Below are positions 26,500-38,700 of a DNA stretch of 64,000 nucleotides, piece by piece. The notes below the pieces were generated by a model, which saw only the letters and a list, made by a program, of their open reading frames with translations, did not search any database and was not told where the DNA came from. How positions within the stretch are numbered: position 1 is the first letter of the stretch; the number at the start of each line of letters is the position of its first letter. This DNA comes from Vicugna vicugna (lineage: Eukaryota): contig MU061578.1 in the NCBI GenBank assembly GCA_013265495.1, forward strand, positions 1,001,308 to 1,065,307, in the 5' to 3' direction. The position numbers and the translations under genes are program-made.

Positions 26500-28859
26500 T
26501 TAACTTATTTAGTCTTCATAACAACCCTATAACGTAAGTTCTGTTATTGACCCTGTATGACTGGTAGGGAAACTGAAGCTCAGAGAGGTTAAGTAACTTG
26601 CCCAAGATCACAGAGCTTGTGTGTGGTAAATCTGGCTCCAGAGTCAGGCACTCCCCTGCTATGCTGCCTCTTCAGGAAAGACACATTTTTGGAAAATATA
26701 TTTCTGCTGGTCTCCAATTTGACTAATAAAAAACAAACATTTTTATTATGATAGCAATGTATCATATTGGCTAAGAACTCAGATACTGGGCCCATACTAA
26801 GCTAGTTTCAGATTCTGGCTCTGAAAATTCCTGGCTCTGTTACCCTGAGCAAGTTACCGAACCTCTCTGAATCTCAATTAATTCACTTATAAGTTTGAAC
26901 GTAATATTACTCTCTTTATAGTGTTCTTTTGGGGAGTAATCTAAATAATGTAGCAATGCACTTGAAATATTCCTGGGGCTTGAGTCCACTTGAGTGTGTA
27001 AGTGTGATTCATGGCGGTTATATGATAGCATGACTATCTCCATGTATACCAATGCTAGGCATTTAAGTGACTACTTACTCATCACTGGTTGACCCCAAAC
27101 ATCCCAGTTCCATGAATCAATAAAGCCCCACATTTGCTTAAGCTAGTTTGAGTGGGGTTTCTGTCCCTTGCAACAAATATATTCTGGGCTAATTCAAAGA
27201 GTCATGGTAAGAATAGAAGATACACACACACACACACACACACAGTGCATAAAAGGGAGTCACAGAAGACATCTTTTGCTTATTTGTGTAAGCAAACACT
27301 TGTACAGAACTTTCTAAGTGCCAAGCACCATCCTAAGCACTTTAAAAACTTTAACTCATTTAGTCTTTTGACAAGTCTCTGATGCTGACACTCCTAATAG
27401 CCCCATTCTCCGGATGAGGCACTGGACTCAGACAACTCACATCTCTCATGGCTAGTTGAGTGGGAAGGCCACAGCCAAAGCCATGCCTGTTTGATTCCAA
27501 ATTCTACTTCTTTCCCTCTGCACGCATCCCATCACCGAGGATGCTGGTGCATTTGCTAAGTAAGGAATCCAGGAAACCTGCCATGGAGCCGGCACCAACA
27601 TTCAGGACCCACATCATAAACCTTGCCTCCAAGCTGAAACCTCTTCTGAGTCCGAGTTACAAACTGCATAGATGATGAACAAGAATTCCAAAATATCCTT
27701 CCAGAGAGCTCCCACTTCTGCAGAGTCATGCCAACGCAGATTGCACAATCTCCAAACCATATTCAGACCCAGACGCAGAACACTGACCTGAAATCAACCT
27801 ACCGCCATCCACGCCTTCTTTTCCAATACTGTTTGCAGAGGGAGCCATTTGCCCCTTACAAATGCATATACAAGCTTATTGGGCTGGGTGGTTTGTAATG
27901 TTCATTTTTATGCACACCCACCTATCACAGATCTGAACTCAACAGGTCGGCATTCTATAAAATATTTACTGTGTTCGTCTGCGTCTCCCCCAGTGATATT
28001 GACTTGAGCGCAGCTTGGAAATTCACAGATTCCGGGGTGGCCACTTGCGTGAGGACTACCACCCAGCTCTCACTTCCTTGGAGACTTCCAACTCCATGGC
28101 CAGCCTCAGAGATGAATACTCCTTTAGGACCAAAATAGAACCAAGGGACAAAAGGGAACTGAAGGGTTTAAAATAGGATGAAAAAGAAAAAAAAAAAAAA
28201 GAAACCTTGGCACTAGAGTGGCCTCCCTTAACTGTTTAAAACTTACCAACGATGCCCAACTTTTAGTATGGTTTTTCCCCATATGTTCCCACACTCCCAC
28301 TGGGACCTAACATTTGCAGGCGCTATTTATCATTCTGGCTAGTGGTGTGTTCATCTGCCTACCTCGCTAAGCAGCCCGCGTTGTTATTTTTATAATTACT
28401 GGGAGTCTTTTTCATGTTGCCCTCTGCCAGAATCCCGGCTCACCACACACCTGTTATACTCAGAGCACATGGAGGGATGGGGGTGGGTCTGGCAGTGGAG
28501 GAAAGGGGAAGACGGCCTTCCTGCTCACTATAAAGCAAAACCAAGAATAATGAAGCTGTTCATTATCTTTTTTTAAAGTCTGTACTGAGGGCCAGTTTGT
28601 TAAGTGACAAACACTCTATATTCATTGAAGAGTTTGTTTACTAGAACAAATGCTGTACTTTTTTTAAGAAACAAGTATGAATTCCTTTTGTCATCCTCAT
28701 GACGAACAATGAGTATCACCACCCCCATTCTACAGATGAGAAAACCGAAGCAAAGAAAGGTTCAGTAACTTGCTGGTGGGCATATAAGATGTCAGATCTG
28801 GACCCAACTTAAATCCAGGTACTCTGAAACTACTCCACTACACTGCATTCTAATCAGCA

Positions 28860-29197
28860 TGAGTGCCATCACCAACCATCATCATCACCACCAGCACAAC
28901 TCCACCACCATCTCTATTGTCACCACTGTCACCAGCATCTCCACTACCAGCAGCACCTCCATCTTCATCAACACAACCACCAACATCACCAAGAGCACCA
29001 GCATCCCCACTACACCACCATCACCGTCACCATCGCTACCTCCATCATCACCATGACCACCATCATGACCAGCATCCGCACCAGCACCACTGCCTCCACC
29101 ACCACCACCATCAGTACCGACACGACCACCCCTGCCATCACCATCACTCCCCCCATCACCGTCACCATCACCATCACCAGCACCTCCACCACCACTA
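28860..29197 (+). repeat. Degenerate (CAC/CAT)n triplet array
   Basis: Direct inspection; source of spurious poly-His/Thr/Pro ORFs. Confidence 0.95.
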
Positions 29198-29899
29198 CTC
29201 AGAGTAAAAACACTTTCTGAGCTTTCATTGGCCAGGGGCTGTGCTGGCTGTTATACAAATAATCCCATGCCATACTCATGACAACCCTATGTTCTTGCTA
29301 TCACCTCTGTTTCAAAAACGTAGAGACTAAGCTTCGGAGAGGTTAAGAGAAACGCCCACTTAGCTGGTCAGAGGTCTATAAGATTCATAAAGTTTTCGGA
29401 TTCGTAGCCAGTTTTGCCTGACACTGATGGGAATGCACTTAACTCCTGGGCTCCCTCAACGGGAGATGGGGGGTGGAGGCATTGCCCACTGGACATTTCA
29501 TCAAACTAGCGCTCCACTCCTCACCCACCATATTTAGGAGTCTGCTGCTGAGACGTGAGAGGCTACCCTGCTGACCCGGGTGTTATTTTTTGTGGTAACT
29601 CTGCTACCAGACAATGTGTGAGACTAGCCGGTGAGATTTGGAGCTCTGGCCAAGTCGAACCCAGGGAGCTTTGGCTGGAGATAGGCTGCAACTGGCCTGT
29701 AATTCTCTTTGGTGAAGCCCCGTATATCCCGGGTTGGTGCCTCCTGAGATACTACTGTCTTCGCCCAGGAGCTCAGATGCCCCCTCCAGAATATTACACG
29801 TGTTCTCCCTCGGCTGAACACCAGCTGTGGGGGATGGAGAAGTGTCACGAAGAATATCAGGCTTGTTTCTCAGAACTTCTACTCCTGTCCCTCTCTTGT

Positions 29900-30600
29900 G
29901 TCAAATCCTAATCTCAGTGATAGTCACCTTGCATCTGAATTATTGCAGTGGCCTGAGAACCTGCTTTCAATCTTGTCCCCCCTCAAATCTATTCTCCACA
30001 GAACAGCCAAACTAGTCTTCCTAAAGGGTAAATTCAATCAGAATTGCCCCCTGCTTAAAGACCCTTGATGTTATTTTTTTCTACCCTTTTGGTTTCTCTT
30101 GAATCAAAATCCAACCCCCATATCAGTGCTTCCAAACCCCTGTGGTTGCTGGCCCTTCTCTGCCTCTTTCGCCCCCTCTCACTGTCCTCCAGACTCTCTG
30201 GCTTTTTCTCAGCCCTCCTCTGAGATCACCCAGGCGTGGGGCAGCCTTTCCACTCACTCTCTGCCTTGGCGTCCACGGTCTCCCCATCCCCACCTCCTTG
30301 TCCACCTCCTACTTCATCTGAGCATCAGTGCCACTCCTCAGAGAGTGCTCGCTCCATTCACCTCTGAAGCCAACCCTTACTGTTTCCTGTGGACTCTTCT
30401 TTTAGACCATTTATCACACCTCGCAATCCAGACTGATGTGGTGATCACTTCTCCGTAAACTTGTAAGCTCCGTGAGGCAGAAATGAAGTTGGTTTCCTTG
30501 CCTACGTGTCTTTAGTGACTAACCCAATTTCTGCGGCAGAGCAGAGGCTACGTAAATATTGGTTGAGCGAATGAGCGCGTGAATTAATTATTAACCAATT
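29900..30600 (+). mobile_element. L2 LINE 3' fragment
   Basis: aatctattctccacagaacagcc...ctgcttaaagaccctt ... ttgtaagctccgtgaggcag ... taaatattggttgagcgaatga. Confidence 0.8.
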
Positions 30601-31464
30601 ACTTAAGTGAGAGAATGAGGTCTGATCTAATCAGCGCGGGTGTCACCCGCTTTGCTGGAGATGACTGGATAAGTCTCTCATAAATAGATCATGAAGTATG
30701 AGGAATATTCTACACATGGTTAAAAACAGCCTTTCTCTTCCCCAACAGTATCGGGTAAACTTTCAAAAGTCTGTCTTAAGCGGCAGCTGATAGCTGTCTT
30801 ATGTAATGTAGTAACTGCTGGCTTGAATTTAAGACATTATTTTGGAGAGTTGCTCTTTTTCTAATCTAAAAACTGAAGGACCCATCCTTCATATTAACAC
30901 ATCATCTTCCTGGCATGCTACATGATTAAGGAGGAAGTGCGACTTTATTTTGGGGGGAAATTGATATTTCCCACAAAGCCAAGAAGAGCTATCAGAATAA
31001 AAGGATGTTCATTTGGGTGAATCACTAGCTTTGCACAAATCCCGAGTGCTAATTGCATAATGGGTCTCGACAAGACGCCGTAATATGGGTTCGGCTGGTT
31101 TCTCTGTTTGCGGCTTGAAAAATAGATTGTTTAATAACCCATCAAAGCTATATGTAAACCAAGTAAACAGTGGAGCAGATGTTGACTGCTGTCTTGTGCC
31201 TCGTAGACGTAATTAAAGACAATGAGACACTCACGAATTCATGTAACAGAGGACAAATGCAAACACACACACAAAAATCAGTGCAATACAAGTGTACACT
31301 GCATTTGCTGGACACCTGCTTTCTTAGTCCAAAACGCTGTATCATATTTCCCGTGATGAGAACGTTTGGGATGTTCTTTATGTACTTATGTAAACGTGTA
31401 CATTCTGTCCTCCACTTTTCAAGAAGACGAGACAGTGAAAGGTAGTCTCTTCAATTGACTTTGT

Positions 31465-32741
31465 TTTTTTTCAATTTCTTTACTGCTGACTAAGATCCCG
31501 GACAGTTTCAAAAAACAAAAAACCCGACATTTTTAATAGTCTCACAAGCATAAACATTAATATGAAGCAGTTAGCCAAAACTTTCACATTTATACAAGAA
31601 ATTAAAGCCCTGGTTTGGGTGGGGGCTGATTGGGGCTTTACTCATTTGTCTTTGCATTCATTCCTTCATGCATTATTTAGCAATTCTACTAAATTGACAT
31701 GTTTATTTGCTAAAAGCCTTACATCTCTCTCTCTCTCTCTCTTTTTTTTTGTAAGTCAGGCACATTTCCCTAAAATCAAACTTTCATCTTATATGAAAAG
31801 AAGCCTAGTTGGATGGTATATTTAAAATATCATCCTAATTTTCTAAATAATCTGTTTTCCCCTTAAACTCCTACTCAGATCTCTGTTAGNNNNNNNNNNN
31901 NNNNNNNNNNNNNNNNNNNNNNNNNNNNNNNNNNNNNNNNNNNNNNNNNNNNNNNNNNNNNNNNNNNNNNNNNNNNNNNNNNNNNNNNNNNNNNNNNNNN
32001 NNNNNNNNNNNNNNNNNNNNNNNNNNNNNNNNNNNNNNNNNNNNNNNNNNNNNNNNNNNNNNNNNNNNNNNNNNNNNNNNNNNNNNNNNNNNNNNNNNNN
32101 NNNNNNNNNNNNNNNNNNNNNNNNNNNNNNNNNNNNNNNNNNNNNNNNNNNNNNNNNNNNNNNNNNNNNNNNNNNNNNNNNNNNNNNNNNNNNNNNNNNN
32201 NNNNNNNNNNNNNNNNNNNNNNNNNNNNNNNNNNNNNNNNNNNNNNNNNNNNNNNNNNNNNNNNNNNNNNNNNNNNNNNNNNNNNNNNNNNNNNNNNNNN
32301 NNNNNNNNNNTTTTTTTCAATTTCTTTACTGCTGACTAAGATCCCGGACAGTTTCAAAAAACAAAAAACCCGACATTTTTAATAGTCTCACAAGCATAAA
32401 CATTAATATGAAGCAGTTAGCCAAAACTTTCACATTTATACAAGAAATTAAAGCCCTGGTTTGGGTGGGGGCTGATTGGGGCTTTATTCATTTGTCTTTG
32501 CATTCATTCCTTCATGCATTATTTAGGAATTCTACTAAATTGACATGTTTATTTGCTAAAAGCCTTACATCTCTCTCTCTCTCTCTCTCTTTTTTTTTTT
32601 TTGTAAGTCAGGCACATTTCCCTAAAATCAAACTTTCATCTTATATGAAAAGAAGCCTAGTTGGATGGTATATTTAAAATATCATCCTAATTTTCTAAAT
32701 AATCTGTTTTCCCCTTAAACTCCTACTCAGATCTCTGTTAG
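31465..32741 (+). repeat. Near-identical direct duplication flanking the gap (31465-31889 vs 32311-32741); probably an unmerged haplotype overlap
   Basis: The copies differ by two substitutions (tactca/tattca; tagcaa/taggaa) and 6 nt in a (CT)n(T)n run. Both abut the gap exactly. Confidence 0.9.
31890..32310. other. Assembly gap (421 N)
   Basis: Run of N. Confidence 1.
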
Positions 32742-35700
32742 CTGTCAGTTCTACAGGCGAAGAAATAAAACCACACACAAAATGAACTGAATGATACAAC
32801 TCAGAGAACGCAAGTGTAATTCAGCCCCTCCCCAAACAGGAGTTTTTCTCTTCAGGTATCTTGAAAGAGGAATTGAGGGTTCCAAATACACCACGTGATT
32901 GTATCCTGTTTTCCCTTCCAATCAGGAAAAAATAAAAAGAGGGCAATTAAAATCAGCATCCTTAGCTCACTAGGCAGGAGAAAGTTTCCTAGATCCAGAA
33001 GTGTCCATTCAGAAAATAAAATCCTCATTCATGTTTAAAACTGAGCAAAATTCTTTTTTGTTTCCTGTGAATAATTAAAAAAAAAATTTAAAGCCTCACA
33101 AATCCCATTGTTTAAAGAACACATGGATTTCCTATTGACTTGTACTGAATGGTGATTCCGCCTCCAGGAGCCCCGCCATCTCCCTTGTCTGCTGTTTTTG
33201 ATGATGTGGAAGGAAGAGGGGGCTTTCTAATGTGATCTGCATCTCTTTATGCTAATAAAATGGTGTCATCCCATTTTCACAGACACCACCATAAAGCACA
33301 GACACCAAATGGGAAACAAATAGGGCCGTGACGCCACAGCGAAACAAACCAATCGCCCCTGAAACACCTCAGATAGATGGCAGCCCCTCCTTCACTCATT
33401 CTTTATGGAAAGGCAAAGGAAATGTCCCTAGGTGAATCTGATGAAACCCACAACCCCCCCCACCCCACACACACACACATTCTCGCTCAGAAGCTCAGGA
33501 AGGTTGTACAGCACTAAATCCTTCTGATTTATGAAGCAGCCGGCACTGCACTGAGCAGAGCAGCATGGCCAGCCCGGACCCCAGTTCCAGATATTCCTTT
33601 ATGAACACGACCAGGCCCCACAAGTGAACAAAAGCAGCGGTGCGGTGCGGGGAGCATAAATCATTAATACGGGGCCGGGCACTGACTGCATTTCCTGTGT
33701 TGTGTGGAGAGCTGCTCAGCACAACGGGGACTTGGGGGACTGGAACTGGCGGTGGAGAGATGCACTCCATCCTTCTCGGAGCCCCTCCCACCAGCCCCCT
33801 TCTCTCTCTCCTCTCGCCCTCCCGGAGTCTGACAGCCTCACTGTGCATCGTCATTTATTCGACAATAACCAAAAAGACTTAAAAATAAAATCGCCAGGAG
33901 CTTCGAAGTTGAGAGATCTCCGGACTCTTTCCCTTTTTGACAAGTTTTTGCCTTTAAAAGGGAAGAGGAATGAGGGCTCGGTTAAGTGCAGAGAGGTGAC
34001 CGAGCAGAGGCCGGGGTGAATCACGCAGGGCCAGCAAGGCCAGGGGGAGGCCGTCGGGGCAGAACAGAACGGCGCGGAGAAGGCTGGCTCTGGAGGGGGG
34101 CAGTCTGGCTTTGCATATGGGCTCTCCCACCCAGGCCTCTGATCTGCGTCTAAAGAAACGAAATTATTCCCATCAAAGCCCCTGGAGGCCTCTTGTGAGG
34201 GATTAAACGAGGTAATCCATGTAGAAGGGCTGAGTCTGGGGCTTGTCCACCCAGCACTCCATAAAAGGTATTGATTATTTCATTGTTTTAATTATTTTAT
34301 TATTATTAGCATCATCATCATTGAAGCTGGCTGGGTTCCTAAACGATCTTATAAGCGGCACTCCTCCTGCTTAGAGAGGAGTCTCACTTTTTGAATGGAA
34401 ACTCCAAAAGGAGATTCAAAAAAAAGAGAGAGAGAGAGAAAGAAAAAAAAAGAGAGTTCTCAAGAATCCTGTCACATGTTCTAAATGGAGACCCCCAGTG
34501 GACGGTTCTGCCATTGCACCCTGAATAAAAGAATTTCTCTACCCAAACCCTCCTGTTTTAACTGTTCATTGCAAACACTTAGGGGAAGGGAGGGGAGAGA
34601 GAGAAAGGAAGAAAGCCAGAAAAAAAAAATTGCATAGCTTTCTACAGATTATTTGGATGAGAGAACCTGTCAGGGAGTTTAAGTAAAGACGATGGATAGA
34701 CCCAAAGGTAAGCCATTTGCAAGAGGTGCTTTTGTACATCCAGAAACTCCAGGAGTGGCCCTGATGAGAGGGATGTGACGCTCGGCTCGGAGTCCACGCT
34801 TCATTCTTTTGCTTCAGAATAAAGGGGACAAAGTGGTCAGGCAGCAGCGGGACAGACATGCTCCCTTCTCACAGGACAAATCCAGGGTCTAAAAATGCAC
34901 GCGTCAGCTGGACAGCCCTTCCCAAAACTGGGGCGTTCTCCCAGGCATCAGCCGAGTGCCCAGGCACCACCAAGGCCTGGAAAGACTCCCCCGGACTCTC
35001 CCAGATGACAGTCTCCCCTTTAGCAGGCACCCACCCTATTAAAGCTCATGGGACTGAACTTCAACGGGTGCCCAAGTCCCTCGCATCACAGAATAACGAC
35101 AATTCTGAATAGAAATAAATGAAGCCCCTGCAGTGTGATTCTGTCAGCTTTTGAAAGTAAATAACTTTGCTACTGACAAAAGCAAGACAATTTTTATTTT
35201 CCCTTCTCCTGTCATGGAGCATTAATTGAGCTGTGCGGCCACATTACAAGCCAACATCACCAGTGGGACTGATGGTTGCCAGGAGGAGGAGGAGGAGGAG
35301 GAGGAGGAAGAGACAGGTAAGAGGGACCTGAGAGACCCCCTCCTCCCCTTTCCCGCATCAGAAATTGATGAGAAGCCTTGTATCTGTGTCCCTGGCACGG
35401 CGTGGGGGCATATATCACGTTGATTTGGGGAAAAATGGAAAATAAAAATGTATGTTCAATAAACAGCTTCAATCAAAGGATGCTGCTTTTCCTTAACACG
35501 TGCATTCATTCATTCTTTGATTCCCTCTTTCATTTCTTTGATAAACCTCTCTTGGCCATCCCTGGGTCCCAGGCACCATGCTAAGTATCAGACTTGATCT
35601 TCCAAAGAAGAGTATGAAATAATTGTTCTTAGTCCCGTTTTTCAGAAGAAGCAATGAAACCCCCCAAATCCAGTTGGGTCAATCCAGTTGGGTCAGCAAA

Positions 35701-38700
35701 TTGAGTAACAAGAGTTGAGATGAAGCCTTTAGCTCACCGCTTCTGTCCTACATACAAATCGAGAGACACCAGTTTTTAAAACTCTGCTTTGCAAAGAGCT
35801 GACACCAACTGGTTCTAAAGTCAGGTGGGTTTCTCATCAATTTCTGAATCTTGGAAGACTGCTGAGATGGACACTTGGATCCTGCAAAATGTTGACCTCA
35901 CCTTGCCTTCTGTTTTTTTGGTGCCAAGTTTGCTCACTCTTAAGGAAGACTCGTCTGCGGGGGACAGGGGACACCTCTTAGATGTCACCCCCGCATGAGA
36001 GCAGGGCTCACCCCACGTCTGGACTTAGGTAGAGCCACAGAAAGCAGAACCACCTGAGGGAAGCGTGGGGATACACGCTGTTGTTCTTGATAAGGGGAAT
36101 CCAGTCCTCGAGGTGAATCCTGGGCAAACATCAAATGCCAAAAAAGAAAAGGCTCATTAAGACTAACCCTTTTGTGCATTTACTCATCAGTCCTGGGAAA
36201 TCTGAAGCTCTTAAATCCTACAGCTGCCTGTACTTTGTTCCATAGCTGCAAAGGTAAAAAAAAAAAAAAAGAAAGAAAAAGAAAAAGAAAAAGACAAAAA
36301 AAGTCATTACATCCCCTGGAACATACACTAACCTTCTGAATGCTTTTTTCACTCTGGCTTCAATTCCTAATCTTGCTTCTGTGTGTGTTTAAGCACAGCA
36401 TAAAGACCAGGATGAAAACAGGGGGAGACTGCTCCTTGCCTAGAGTCTGGATGAGTGTCAGAGACCACAGCACCCCCTCCCTGGCCCCTCCACACATGGT
36501 GGACATTAAATATATGGCGATTTTCCTCTACTGAGTCCTCTGACTCTGCCCTGGCAAAGGGGAGAAGAGATGACACCAAGATAACCAGAGTCTGGCTCTT
36601 TGCAAATCAGGTCGGGGAGAAACGGGCGATCCCAGGCCAGGCAGGGAAGGAGAATCCTAGGAAATCCAATGGACCACACCAGCGTTAGCCGAAGTGTGGT
36701 ACTGCAATGACCGTTCACGAGACGGCACACGGATGAACAGCTGAATGGACCTTCTGGGAGGACAGGGGGGCTTGGCTTTGCTTCCTGAAACAATCTAGAA
36801 GATCAGCTGGTACCTAAAAGGAGTTCAATAAACGGAGTGAACAATGAACGTGTGAGTGAACACACATTTCAATGTACAAATATTTCAATGTATAGTGGAA
36901 AAAAATTGTATCACAGCTGTGATTTGGTGGGATTTTTTTTGGATTCGTTGAATTATGTATTTATTTTTGGTTGGGGCAATCTACTTTTAAGTTCAACATA
37001 GAAGTCAATTCTAAAAAAAAAAAAATTGACTAAATGTCAACGGTGCTGATGAGTGAATTGGCAACAATCAGGAAGGCGATGCTTGAAGGACTGAAGTTTG
37101 AAAAACACTGGATGGACCACATTGATTGGTTTTCGGCATCATAAGCTCACTCCCTGTGGAAGCACCTCGATGAGGTTGTGAGAAATTCCCACGGGACTCT
37201 TGATACGTTACAATTAATGTCTTTCTTAACGGCTTCCGTCAAAACCATCTCTCCACCTCCAAGCCCCAAACCTGTTTCCACATGTCCCATGGTTTTCTCC
37301 AAAACTCGGGAGGGGTTTTATCTCCTTTGTTCACTGGGCACTCACTTCTGTCCTTCCTCCTCATTTCAGTATGGCCCCAGCGGATAACAGAAAGCCACAT
37401 GCTACCCACAGAGGCTGTAACACTGGCAGGTGACCCAGTTCCACCCCTTACTCTCTCCCTGTGTCTCTTACACCCTCTTCTGCAGATAAGGCAGATGCTC
37501 TTGTCCTTCCCTATTTCTGAAACACCTTTTTCAGCTCTTCACATGCCCCTCACCCTCAGGGTCAGGAAAATCATCATCTTCCTTAGGAGACCCACACCGA
37601 TCCACCCATCAGATAAAGCCCAGCAACCAGGGGCATCACCCTGCGCATTTCCTGCCCAGTGCCCTCCCCAACCTGAACATGCCTCTCGATTCACTTACTT
37701 CCGCATCATCTATTCTTTTACTAGAATGTCAGCTCCATGGTGGCAGAGACCGTTCGTAACTGATTGGTTATGATATCCTCAATGCCTGGAAACGATGTTT
37801 TCTGTGGCCAAGTGAAAGAATGAGTGAATAAATGGATGTGTAATTGTATACATCTGTAAAAAGCACTGACAGTCACTGACTCTTGCTTATAAGGTTCTGG
37901 AAAGTCCAAATGCACTCATTCATTCATTACTCATTTTTCTTTTAATTGAACAACTACTATGTCCTAGACTTTCTTCTAAACATTGTGGGTAGAGTAAAAA
38001 GAGAATGAAGGCTTCTCTGCCTGCATGTTGCCTACAGTCTAACAGATCAGAACAAGCATAGCAAAAATGCTCTCTAAACAGTCTGGAGCTTAATAAATAT
38101 AAGAAACGTAAATGAACAAGACAGCGATCCGAAGTGGGATCGCAGGCAATAATAGAAGGTAGTCATCTTTTGCTCTTTTTTTCAGCCAAGACCAATCAAT
38201 TAGGGCCTCGATATGCCGAGACCAGGAGCAGCAGTGAAACCCCCTTCCCCCAGGCCTTTTCAGGAGGCGGAAAGTTCCAACCACACAAGCCCTTTCCTGA
38301 GCCTACGACAGGCTCAGAGGTGGAACTGGGTGAGTCCTTCAGAAAGCCCCCCTCTCTGATAGCTCCTCCCTGCAGGGGTGGCCGGCAGGGTCTCTGCTCA
38401 CTTCCCGGGGCTCGTCTGCACTCAGCATGGTTGAAGGGCCAGGGCCCTCCTGAGCTATTGTGCCTGAGAGCTGACCTTATCTGACACAGCCCCTCCGAAT
38501 GGGGGCCAGGCGAGGCAAGCCACATCAGGCACACAGCCACAGACGAACACTCCGCCCCGCAAAGTTCTCTCGGGCAGCGCCCGGAAATAGGAAACTTTAT
38601 TGATGGATAGAACTTTCTTTGCCTTTCTTAATTGAATTAAACAGCACACTGGGACACCTCTCCTCGTCCATTAAAAAGGTCTCTGCAGATGCGGCAATTA

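Noticed and set aside
28859..29207. Poly-His/Thr ORFs
   Set aside because: Simple (CAC/CAT)n repeat.
31562..32677. Apparent duplicated 87/89-aa gene pair
   Set aside because: Chance ORF inside the gap-flanking artefactual duplication; it runs through a microsatellite.
35667..35694. 14-bp tandem duplication AATCCAGTTGGGTC x2
   Set aside because: Ordinary micro-duplication in degraded repeat-like sequence.
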